NCBI GenBank assembly: GCA_001179505.1
Contig: CDMY01000312.1
Coordinates: 62,317-126,316 of the forward strand
Reading direction: 5' to 3'
DNA length: 64,000 nucleotides
Source: Vitrella brassicaformis CCMP3155
Lineage: Eukaryota > Protista > Chromerida
A program made the position numbers and the translations under genes. Position 1 is the first letter of the stretch. The number at the start of each line of letters is the position of its first letter. Positions 50,464 to 62,130 of the stretch are shown here, one piece after another. The notes below the pieces were generated by a model. That model saw nothing but the letters and a program-made list of their open reading frames with translations, was not told where the DNA came from and did not search any database.

Positions 50464-53013
50464 TCAGCACTGGAAGTAGAGTTCGTACTCCTTGGGGTGC
50501 GGGAGAGTCGCCACCGACAGATACTCGTTGCGCTTCCACTCTATGTACGCCTGCAGACAACCAACCAATCAGGAGAGAGACATAGGACATCGGACACACA
50601 GACAGAGACAGGGACAGAGGTGCGTAGGGGTTCAGCAGTTCACCTGGATGAAGTCCTCCGGGAACACGCCGCCAGCCGTCAGGAACTGATGGTCAGCCTC
50701 CAACGCGTCCTGACAGCATACCACATGTACTTGAACCGGGCGCGGCGCTCTGCCTCGCTGTGTGTGTCTTGTCTGCCTCACCAGTGTTTCGGTGAGGCTG
50801 CCCGGTGTGCTCTTGAGTCCCATTTTGGCCTTCTCTTCCTCGGAGAGCTCGTAGATATCGAAGTCACAAGGAGGGGGCGGCTCGATCTTGTTCTTGATGC
50901 CTGCATTGCAGACACACACCCAACCAACATACACACAGGGAGAGATTCTGCATCTTGACCGGCGTCCGGTCCGATGTGGGTACCCTACCGTCGATGCCGG
51001 CCAGCAGCATGGCCGCGAAGGCCAGGTATGGGCAGCAGGAGGGGTCGGGGCAGCGGAACTCCAAACGCTTCTGCTTCGGGTTGTCCGGCTTGTACATCGG
51101 GATGCGCACGGCGGCCGATCGGTTCCCCTGAGAGGCAAAGACAGACAGACAGACAGAGCATACAATCGGGCCACCAGAATGGACCAATGATGTGCGTGTG
51201 GTGCCTCCTCCGCTCTGGTTTGTCGTCACCTTGGACATGGCGAGGTTGACGGGAGCCTCGAAGCCCGGCACGAGACGCTTGTATGAGTTGACCGATGGGT
51301 TGGTGAAGGCCAGCACGGCGGGGGCATGCTTTAGCAGACCGCCGATGTAATGCAGGCACGTCTGGCTCAACTTGACATACCTATGGAGAGAGAGAGGGAG
51401 AGGGAGAGGGAGAGGGACACACTCATGCATTGCAATGGCGATTACATCCTGCGTGTCCTGTGTGACCGTGTGGATGTCTCTGTCTCTCGTCGGCTCGGCT
51501 CGGCTTACTTTCCGTTCTCATCGAAGAAGAGCGGCTTGCCGTCCTTCCAGAGGGACTGGTGGACGTGCATGCCGGTGCCGTTGTCGCCGAAGATGGGCTT
51601 GGGCATGAAGGTGGCCGTCTGGCCGTGCTTCCTCGCCACGTTCTTGATGACGTACTTGTATATCATCATCATGTCCGCGCACTCAAGCATGGGACGGCAC
51701 GTGAAGCCCAACTCGCCCTGGCACGTGCTGACATATCAGACACAGACAGACAGACAGACACATACACACGCACACGCACACGCATACGCAGAAGGAAAGA
51801 GCCAGCCCTTTCCTGTCTCTCTCTGTGATGTGTTTGGGCTTTATTACGCGACTTCGTGGTGGTGTTTCTCGATGGGAACGCCGAGCTCCCCCATGGTGAG
51901 GAGCATCTCGCCTCGGACGTCCATGCCGGTGTCGATGGGCGGCACGGGGAAGTACCAGTTCTTGGGCGGCACACGGTGAGCCAGGTTGCCCCCTCCCTGC
52001 TTCTCAGAGGAGGGTTTGCCCGTGTTCCATGTGCCTTCAACGCCGTCGACTTCGAAGAACATTTTGTTGGGGCTGACGCCGTATTTCACGTGATCGAACA
52101 GAAAGAACTCAGCCTCGGGGCCAACCATCATCTGACAAGATAAAGTCAGCCCCAAGAGAATCAACCATGTGAGCGCTAGCCCCCCCCCCCCTTTCCGTCT
52201 GTGTCGGTTCCTGTGTTCTCCCTCTTTACCGTGTCGGCAATGCCCGTTTGTTTGAGGTATTCGACGGCCTTGACGGCCATCGAGCGGGGGTCACGGGCAA
52301 ATGGCTTGCGGGGTGATGGGTCGTAGATGCTGCACGTCACGTGGAGCGTCTTCTTCTCAGCGAACGGGTCTATCCAGCACGTCGCGGGGTCTGAGAGAAC
52401 GGAAGGANNNNNNNNNNNNNNNNNNNNNNNNNNNNNNNNNNNNNNNNNNNNNNNNNNNNNNNNNNNNNNNNNNNNNNNNNNNNNNNNNNNNNNNNNNNNN
52501 NNNNNNNNNNNNNNNNNNNNNNNNNNNNNNNNNNNNNNNNNNNNNNNNNNNNNNNNNNNNNNNNNNNNNNNNNNNNNNNNNNNNNNNNNNNNNNNNNNNN
52601 NNNNNNNNNNNNNNNNNNNNNNNNNNNNNNNNNNNNNNNNNNNNNNNNNNNNNNNNNNNNNNNNNNNNNNNNNNNNNNNNNNNNNNNNNNNNNNNNNNNN
52701 NNNNNNNGGGGGGGGGGGGGGAGAGGGAGAAGCCGCACTTTTGCCCGTAGTTCCGTCCGTTTGTCCGTTTGGCTGACTCACCGGGCACCATGAGCATATC
52801 GCTCTCCATGATACTTCGGAAAAGGCGGATTGAGGAGCCGTCAAAGGGCAGCCCCTGCGCGAGGTCATCCTCCTCGCATTGGCTTGGCGCGAAGGTGCAG
52901 TGGTGCCAGAGCCCCAAAGGGTCGACAAAGCAGCAGTCGATGAGCTCCACCTTCTCCTTCTCGATGTACTGAGCCATGTCCTTGGCGGACTTGAACTTGC
53001 AAAGCTTCGACAT
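50464..53013 (-). CDS. glnA: glutamine synthetase type I (GSI-beta, bacterial-type), 9 exons; crosses gap 52408-52707
   Basis: [88 protein letters not shown]; ATG 53013, TGA 50464-50466. Confidence 0.96.
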
Positions 53014-53160
53014 CGTTGCAACAGCTGCCGGGCGGGGATGGGACTCTTGAATCACGTGGGGCCTGGAAGGAAAGGGCGAGGGACCTTTGGGGAGAGAAGG
53101 TTGGGGGGGAAAAGAAAAAAGGGAGAGAGCGTTGAACGAAAGAGGTTGCAAGATTTAACA

Positions 53161-53190
53161 AAACCCTATACCCTAATCCCCGAAACCCTA
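53161..53190 (-). promoter_or_regulatory. telomere-like/telo-box motif forming a canonical G-quadruplex motif upstream of glnA
   Basis: Plus strand AAACCCTATACCCTAATCCCCGAAACCCTA; minus strand GGG-TTTC-GGGG-ATTA-GGG-TATA-GGG. Confidence 0.45.
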
Positions 53191-54337
53191 GACTAAGTAG
53201 GCGTCGGAATACTACATACTGGCTCTTAGTTGAAACCGTATGGTTGTTTTTATGTGATATGATATCCGTCTGAATCGAAATCGTACATGAGAAGATTCTT
53301 TCTCCTTGCAGTCGCCAACACACGCAGCGGCCACAATTCGCTTTCTTGGCAAACGGACTCTTTCTCAGCGTGAAACGGACTTCTGTGCTATGTGAACTCA
53401 TCGGATGCCTCAGATGACTCAGCTGACCATCCTGTGAGTCACCAAAATATGGGCCTTTGCTGCCTTTCAAGCGCGAAGCCGCTGCTCTTCCGTTCATGTC
53501 ATCGTGGCTCAAGCGGCGACTGCCAGGTCGCTTTTTCGTCGCAAAATCGAGAATGTTTCATCTCAGAAGATGACAATCAAAATGTCTGTCTTTCTCCGTG
53601 GAGTCACTTTTTTATTTTTCCGCTCTTTCACAGAGGGGTGCTTCATGTGTCTTGCGGTCATTTTGAGCCATGAAATGGTCGCTTTGGATGGCTGATGAGT
53701 GAGTGATTGGTTTATGCGGTTCATTTTGCTTGTGATCAGAGTGATCACAGTCACCAATGGGCTGATTGCTTGACAGGAATGATTGCTTTGTGGTGATTGC
53801 TTTGCCACATGAATGAGACACGCGATAAGCAACCGAGACACGATGAGAATGAGCGATGGTGGTGTGCTGTGCTGCTCTCTGATGCCGCTCTGTACTCCTC
53901 GATCACTCACTCATACATAAACATGCGTATACAGGTGACTGCTTCACTCACTAAGGCCTTAGTGAGTGAAGCAGTCACCTGTATACGCATGTTTATGTAT
54001 GAGTGAGTGATCGAGGAGTACAGAGCGGCATCAGAGANNNNNNNNNNNNNNNNNNNNNNNNNNNNNNNNNNNNNNNNNNNNNNNNNNNNNNNNNNNNNNN
54101 NNNNNNNNNNNNNNNNNNNNNNNNNNNNNNNNNNNNNNNNNNNNNNNNNNNNNNNNNNNNNNNNNNNNNNNNNNNNNNNNNNNNNNNNNNNNNNNNNNNN
54201 NNNNNNNNNNNNNNNNNNNNNNNNNNNNNNNNNNNNNNNNNNNNNNNNNNNNNNNNNNNNNNNNNNNNNNNNNNNNNNNNNNNNNNNNNNNNNNNNNNNN
54301 NNNNNNNNNNNNNNNNNNNNNNNNNNNNNNNNNNNNN

Positions 54338-55594
54338 GGGGGGGGGGAGAGGGAGAAGCCGCACTTTTGCCCGTAGTTCCGTCCGTTTGTCCGTTTGGCT
54401 GACTCACCGGGCACCATGAGCATATCGCTCTCCATGATACTTCGGAAAAGGCGGATTGAGGAGCCGTCAAAGGGCAGCCCCTGCGCGAGGTCATCCTCCT
54501 CGCATTGGCTTGGCGCGAAGGTGCAGTGGTGCCAGAGCCCCAAAGGGTCGACAAAGCAGCAGTCGATGAGCTCCACCTTCTCCTTCTCGATGTACTGAGC
54601 CATGTCCTTGGCGGACTTGAACTTGCAAAGCTTCGACATCGTTGCAACAGCTGCCGGGCGGGGATGGGACTCTTGAATCACGTGGGGCCTGGAAGGAAAG
54701 GGCGAGGGACCTTTGGGGAGAGAAGGTTGGGGGGGAAAAGAAAAAAGGGAGAGAGCGTTGAACGAAAGAGGTTGCAAGATTTAACAAAACCCTATACCCT
54801 AATCCCCGAAACCCTAGACTAAGTAGGCGTCGGAATACTACATACTGGCTCTTAGTTGAAACCGTATGGTTGTTTTTATGTGATATGATATCCGTCTGAA
54901 TCGAAATCGTACATGAGAAGATTCTTTCTCCTTGCAGTCGCCAACACACGCAGCGGCCACAATTCGCTTTCTTGGCAAACGGACTCTTTCTCAGCGTGAA
55001 ACGGACTTCTGTGCTATGTGAACTCATCGGATGCCTCAGATGACTCAGCTGACCATCCTGTGAGTCACCAAAATATGGGCCTTTGCTGCCTTTCAAGCGC
55101 GAAGCCGCTGCTCTTCCGTTCATGTCATCGTGGCTCAAGCGGCGACTGCCAGGTCGCTTTTTCGTCGCAAAATCGAGAATGTTTCATCTCAGAAGATGAC
55201 AATCAAAATGTCTGTCTTTCTCCGTGGAGTCACTTTTTTATTTTTCCGCTCTTTCACAGAGGGGTGCTTCATGTGTCTTGCGGTCATTTTGAGCCATGAA
55301 ATGGTCGCTTTGGATGGCTGATGAGTGAGTGATTGGTTTATGCGGTTCATTTTGCTTGTGATCAGAGTGATCACAGTCACCAATGGGCTGATTGCTTGAC
55401 AGGAATGATTGCTTTGTGGTGATTGCTTTGCCACATGAATGAGACACGCGATAAGCAACCGAGACACGATGAGAATGAGCGATGGTGGTGTGCTGTGCTG
55501 CTCTCTGATGCCGCTCTGTACTCCTCGATCACTCACTCATACATAAACATGCGTATACAGGTGACTGCTTCACTCACTAAGGCCTTAGTGAGTG
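54338..55594. other. exact duplicate of 52711-53968 (glnA exon 1, upstream region, left palindrome arm); probable assembly artefact
   Basis: Constant offset of 1626; both copies begin at a poly-G run right after a 300-N gap; glnA exon-1 copy 54408-54639 has no downstream exons. Confidence 0.75.
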
Positions 55595-55683
55595 TGATGC
55601 CGCTCTGTACTCCTCGATCACTCACTCATACATAAACATGCGTATACAGGTGACTGCTTCACTCACTAAGGCCTTAGTGAGTG
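55506..55683 (+). repeat. two tandem 89-nt units ending in the 24-bp central palindrome; mirrored at about 55984-56077
   Basis: TGATGCCGCTCTGTAC...CCTTAGTGAGTG starts at 55506 and again at 55595. Confidence 0.75.
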
Positions 55684-56711
55684 NNNNNNNNNNNNNNNNN
55701 NNNNNNNNNNNNNNNNNNNNNNNNNNNNNNNNNNNNNNNNNNNNNNNNNNNNNNNNNNNNNNNNNNNNNNNNNNNNNNNNNNNNNNNNNNNNNNNNNNNN
55801 NNNNNNNNNNNNNNNNNNNNNNNNNNNNNNNNNNNNNNNNNNNNNNNNNNNNNNNNNNNNNNNNNNNNNNNNNNNNNNNNNNNNNNNNNNNNNNNNNNNN
55901 NNNNNNNNNNNNNNNNNNNNNNNNNNNNNNNNNNNNNNNNNNNNNNNNNNNNNNNNNNNNNNNNNNNNNNNNNNNNNNNNNNNCTGTGAAGCAGTCACCT
56001 GTATACGCATGTTTATGTATGAGTGAGTGATCGAGGAGTACAGAGCGGCATCACACTCACTAAGGCCTTAGTGAGTGAAGCAGTCACCTGTATACGCATG
56101 TTTATGTATGAGTGAGTGATCGAGGAGTACAGAGCGGCATCAGAGAGCAGCACAGCACACCACCATCGCTCATTCTCATCGTGTCTCGGTTGCTTATCGC
56201 GTGTCTCATTCATGTGGCAAAGCAATCACCACAAAGCAATCATTCCTGTCAAGCAATCAGCCCATTGGTGACTGTGATCACTCTGATCACAAGCAAAATG
56301 AACCGCATAAACCAAGCAACTCACAAACAGACTCAAATCAGCCATTCGGGCCGACCACTCATGGCTCGAAATGACCGCAAGACACATGAAGCACCCCTCT
56401 GTGAAAGAGCGGACCGATGAAAGAGTGACTCCATGGAGAAATAAAGGCATTTTGATTGTCAGAAGATGAACCATTTTCGATGGCGATTTGCGACCGAATA
56501 GGCGAGTTTGCTTGCCGAGGTTGAGTCACGCTTTCACGCGAGGCAGCAAAGGCCCATTGGTGTCTCACAGGAGGGTCCGCTGAGTCATCTGAGGCATCTG
56601 ATGACATTCATCCAGCCCACACCGAAGTCCGTTTCACGCTGAGAAAAAGTCCGTTTGCCAAGAAAGCGAATTCCACATTTGCACTGCATTAGTGCACTTG
56701 TCCACATGTAC

Positions 56712-59700
56712 TCACGACTCAATCAAATGCACTGGCTGCAGCTGCCTCAGCACATCTTGCAAGTCAGAGGGCAGTGGGCAGCTGACATCCACAGGCTGGC
56801 CCTGCACACGCGGACGGAGAGACAACACAATAGATACAGACAGAGAGAAGCACAGATTGCGATTGCGCCTGCCTGCCTACTTGTAGGTCGCAGAAGCGTA
56901 GGTTGTGACAGTGGAGGAACAACCGAGGGACCCATGTCTTGTCATCTGATCGATTCAATTGCACCACATAGTCATGTGTGATGTGGTCGCGCGCCTCACC
57001 TTCGATTTGTCTTGCGGTGGCGTATCTGTTCTCGCCAACTAAGGGATAACCTAACACACATACACCGACATCATCACAACACCATCAGTTGATAGCTCAC
57101 ACATGCATCCCTGCCGCCCAGACATCACACATCCATCGATGTGGCGAACCTGTGTTGCTGAGATGGACGCGTATTTGGTGCGTGCGGCCAGTGATGAGCC
57201 GCACACGCACCAGGCTCATCATGGATGCACTGCCCTCTGAGCAAGCACCAGCTGAATCGCTCTCCGCTTCCGTAGGTGTGCGCTGCAGGTGGCCGAGGCA
57301 CTCGTAATACGTCACTGCAACACGGCCATCCTCTGCAATACACACACAAACGCATCACGTTGCTTGCTGCCGCCTGTGTGGTGTGTTTACCTTCGACTGA
57401 CGTGGTTGAATAGAGCTCGCCACTCTCTGTCTGCACCCGTGCAATGCAGCCAGATGCAAGCGCCGTTGCTGCCTGCTTCGGATGCGTCTTAGCTTGTGTA
57501 ACCTTACTTACCTTCAGCTTATCTGCAGCCCAGTGCTGCCCCGCCGGCACTCGACCATGCACCAGACACAGATACTCCTTTGACACCTGCACAAACCAAA
57601 CACGCAATCAGATACTCACCCACACATAAAACTCCCCTCTCGGCTCGTCTCGCTGGTACCATCTGTGCGTCGAAGAGCATACGCAGGAAGTGCCATGCGG
57701 CAGGGATCTTGGCCACGATGAGAGCGCCTGACGTGTCGGCATCCAGGCGATGGGCAATGCCGTAATCGACATCGCCATTGCAAAGGATCGGTGAGCCATT
57801 CTTCGCCCAACACCACGCACGAGCTGCACACACAAGAAACACAAGAAGGTTCGGTTTGCGTGCATCTCTATCGCAATGTGTCCAATCAAGCAGACGGACC
57901 CAGCAGCAGGTGCAGTTTCTCTTGTTCGTCGCTCGCGACCATCCTCTTGGCCTTGTCGATAGCCACAGCTGGCTCCTCCGTCCATAGGTCAGGTCTCCGC
58001 GAGTCCTCCCTTGGCTCGTCTGCCCTGCTGCCCTTCTCCCCTGCGGCCGGTGGCGGCAGCGATGGCAGCACCGTCCATTTCGGAGGCTTGTAGAGCACCC
58101 ACCAGAGAGGCGACTCGTACAGCACTCGAGGGACGTCTTTCCCGGGCCCGTCACTCTGCAGGCAAGGACATGGACACATCAACGCTAAACCCCCCCATCT
58201 CGTGGCCATGCCTTATTACCTGATGCGCCCTCATTTCGACAACAGGGGGGCATCTCGCCAGATGATGCGCCATCATGTGGTCAGCCAGCAGAATCGACGA
58301 GGTTGGCGCATAGCGTTTCGTCTCGCCACCCATGAGCCTGACCACCTCATCCCGGCTGATGTTGCCCTCTCGCAGTGCCCGATCTGTCAGCGCCTCCCAC
58401 ATCTCCGTCGGCAGGCCACCTGCCGTCTTGCCGTACGCCCATGCAACTTTCGATGCCGTCTTGCGGTCAGTGTGAACCAGCACCTTCTTGTCCGCGACGA
58501 TTGACCGAATCCGATCGAACACAGGGGCATCGAGGCACCCAGCCGTCACCAAACTCCACACCACGTCGGCAAGGTTCCGCAAAGTGAAGCATGCGGGGTC
58601 GCCCAGTGGGTCAGACGAGTCCATCGCGAGCACGTCAATATCCCTCTCGCCAAGCCTGTGGTCAATCTCGCTGGCGATTTTGTCATAAAACTGCGGATCG
58701 GTGTGGCCTGTGGATGCGGCGGCCCACAGGAGGGTGGTGAGGGCCAGGGGTGTGAAGGACGGCAGGTGGGAGAGCGACCACTCTGTCAGCTGTGTGAAGA
58801 AGGAGGGATGGCGCAGACCAAGAGTGCCGTATGCCCATGCTGCATTGGTGAAACACATACAATCGTGTGGTATATTCACATGCGCATGTGCGTGGTGTGG
58901 CTCACCGATGGTTGCCAGGTCTCGTGGTGCAAATGTGTCCCAGTCTCTCTCCTCCATGACGTGAGTCGTGATCATCCCCAGCAGCTCCTCATCACACACA
59001 CCCGACCGGCCGAATCCCCAACACGTCAAAGCCAATTGCTGGACCACACACACACACACACACACACACGTCCATCCGCACCTTTGGCCATACAAGAGGC
59101 CTTATCATTCATATCACTGACCACGGGAGTGCACTTGGCGAGGTTTTTGGGCTTCCTCCAGAAGAACTGCGACACGAAGAAGAACGCCTCCTTGTTGACA
59201 CACCCGGCCCTCGCATACGCCCACGCAAGGGTCGCTGCGTCGAATGGGGTCGTCTGCACGAGGTAGTCGGGGCCCTTCTCGTGCAGCAGGCGGGCCACTG
59301 CATCGAACAGGGGTGTGGGGGGCGACGGGAGAGGCGCATATGCCGACAGCGATCGGACCATGTCGGTCATGGACATGGTGGGCAGCCGAGCATGGAGGAT
59401 GCTGGGACAAGCCGACAGATAGACAGACAGACAGGTAGGTGAGCATGGACTCATGATGTGTGTATGTGTGTGAGCGTACTCTGCGATTTCATTGAACAAC
59501 GGTCGTTCCACAGCCTGTGGGCCGTACTTGGACCAGCCCGTGAGAAGGGTCACCACAGACTGACAGTGACAGCACAGAGAGCATGCAAACGACGTACATA
59601 CATGGATGGATCCGTGCTGTCGTCACCTTTGTGTTGTAAGCCGCCACTCTGCATTTGGTCTCCTTTGTGGGGTTGTCGGCCAGCAGAAACGCAGAGAGCG

Positions 59701-61965
59701 TCTTGCAGTAGCCAGGGGGATAATACCTGCACTCATCCACACAATCAAAGAGACAGAGAGAACAGGAGCGATCTCCTTGAACGGTCCCTCTTTCCCTTCT
59801 CCTTCTCTCTGGTCTCACCCAGCCCTTGCGAATGCCATGACCATCGACACAGTGTCCCGCCTGTTCGGCTCGCTCGTGTCCCCCACCCTCTCCCTCTCCC
59901 TCTCTCTCATGCGCCCAAGATGGTACGCCAGCCGCCTCTCGGCCTCGTCGGCCGCCCTCTCATACAGCACAGACACACTGTCCTGATGGCCGCCTCTCGC
60001 GTAGCCGTATCCCAGCACAGAGAAGCCCCACACAAGGTTCTGCAGTGGCTGGTGGTGGAAGGTGGAGAGCATCTTGGTGCCGTCCCGGGCAACGCGCTGG
60101 CACAGGTGGCCGACGGGGCCGTGCTTGAGGGACGCTAATTGGCCGGGCGAGAGGTGGCTTGCGAGGACGGCGAGGCCCCATATGGTGTTAGACATGTTCT
60201 GGGGGATGGCGCCTTCCAATGGGTAGACGTCAGAGCTCGCGAAGGACGCCAGCCTGCACACAGACACACACAGGGGTGCAGACATACATACACGCAATGC
60301 AAGGAGGTTGGCTGGTGCGCTCAGACATACCAGTTGACGAGATGGGCTGGCTCGGCCCATTCTGGCGGGTCTGCCGGGTTGACGTCCTCGATGAGCCTGC
60401 CGTACGCCCACATGGTGTTGGAAAAACACTGGGGGGTGAGGGAGGCGATTCGCGTGAGCAATGATGACTGGATCGCCAGCAGCAGGGACGGATGGCCCAG
60501 ATACTGTGAATGGCCAAACGACCTGAGCCAACAAAATAGGATGGACAGATGGTTCCCGGCGATTCAGTTTCACCTCACCAAAGAAAGCTCGTGAGGCTTC
60601 TTGTCGAGAATCCGTCAATCAACGGCATGGCGGCCTCGGCCATGCGGTGGTAAAGCCTCTCCCCTACCTCTCCCGTCCTTCGACACACACTGAGTCGCGC
60701 CAGGCCCCATGCAGTGTCGGTCAGCTGCATGTGGTTGAAGACGATCGACGGCAGCAGGGCGTCGAGGGACCGGCAGAGCGATGCGATCGACGTCGGGGCA
60801 GACACGGCCTGACACGGACAGAGATGGGAAGGAGAGCATGTCATGGCTGCAATCGACGTGTTGCTCTCTGTCATCCTCACCCGATATTTGTAGTCCGGGT
60901 CGTCGTCATCTTGCTTCGGTGACAGGCAGTATCGGAACTTCCCCAGCCCCCACACCATCGTCGACACGTCCAATGGCTTCACGCCACCACGCCCATGTCT
61001 TTCCCTCTCCACATCTCGCAGCGTCGCCGACACCTTCTCCGTTGCCCACCCACACGCGTCGACCAGTGCGGCCTTTCCCTCGTCTGCCTTGGTGTCCTTG
61101 TGCCACTCGGCCACCTTCGCCAGCGCCCACACGAGGTTGGCCGCATCACGAGTGTCCCACCGAGAGTCTTGTGGACGGCTCTCGTCCATCTTTCTGAGCA
61201 GTGCAGTCGCTTCCAGGAGGATTGCCGTGATGGGCCGCCTCCACCCATCGAGGGAAGAGGATGCCTGAAGGACGGCCGTTGCCGACCGGTCGAAAGGGGG
61301 ATGACGGTCGTTGTGGGGCATCAGCGGCGAGCCATAGAGCCGCACAATCCCGTATACACAGCGGATGACCGCCCCTCTGCTGACCGAAAAAGCGCTGCCG
61401 ACCCGTTCACACGAATTCTCCAGGGACCGATGAATCGCCAGAAGCAGTTCAGCCATGCTCTCTTTATCACGATCATCAACACGCTGAGCTGACGCCGACA
61501 GCTGCATTAGCCGATGCAGAGCGGATGCAGCAAAGGGCAGGCTGAGAGGGATGGTCGAGGCTGGCGAGAGGTTGCCCGACAGGTGGTCAAAGACCTGGTC
61601 GATGGAGGAGGCTGCCGAGAGGTCAGCTTTTGGCCGCAGAGCCCGCCCATCGATTCTGCGTTTGCTGCCGCCGTTGGCAAAGGCTGGGCGGCGGTCAGAG
61701 AGGACCGTGACAGGGCGCCCCTTTGGCGCGTCGAGGACATCTGTTGCATTCATTGACACACACACCAGAGACCACTCATCCACGCTGCAGATCTTTTCAT
61801 TCATGTGTCAGTGTGGGTGCTGTTTATGTCAGTCCATCCATGCGCACCTGTGATCTTTGGCTGTGTGTGGAGATCTGCATGAGCAGAACTTGATGACGAT
61901 GCGAAGGCGCGATGTCGCGAAGCAGAAAGACGGAAAGAACGTACAGCTGGACGCAATGGATGCAT
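56712..61965 (-). CDS. helical-repeat (HPR/OPR/FASTK-type) RNA-binding protein fused to a C-terminal RluA-family pseudouridine synthase, mitochondrial-type presequence, ~16 exons
   Basis: About 12 or more repeats of type (F/L)xPxxLxxxxWAxGx; RluA motifs VLYE..VLYKP, IAHRLDADTSGALIVAK, KEYLCLVHG, LITGRTHQIRVHL, GYPLVGENRY, RLFLHC, CPLPSDL; all junctions in phase; TGA 56712-56714. Confidence 0.88.
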
Positions 61966-62130
61966 CCTTCCCCTCGAGCGGGTCTGCTTTCCCTCAGATG
62001 CGCCGATGGCGAAAGACCGTGAGCTCAGCGAGCTCAAAAAAACGGTGCAAACATTTCAAGTCGACGACTGACGTAATGCACATGCATTCAGGCAAGGAAC
62101 ATGAATGCATGTGAAACCGCTTCCGCTGTG

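Larger units (their letters stand above)
53335..56672. mobile_element. spacerless palindromic (foldback/MITE-like) element, true length about 1.2 kb, inflated by assembly
   Basis: Left arm 53335-53956 mirrors right arm 56066-56672. Termini AATTCGCTTTCTTGGCAAACGGAC are inverted; both ends are flanked by direct CCAC; centre CACTCACTAAGG|CCTTAGTGAGTG. Confidence 0.65.

Noticed and set aside
54338-55594. Second glnA copy or tandem gene duplication
   Set aside because: Base-identical to 52711-53968, gap-bounded, contains only exon 1 and abuts the palindrome; most simply an assembly artefact.
55638-56030. ORFs reading through N runs (also at the other gaps) and ORFs within palindrome arms
   Set aside because: Created by N padding or repeat symmetry; no coding signature.
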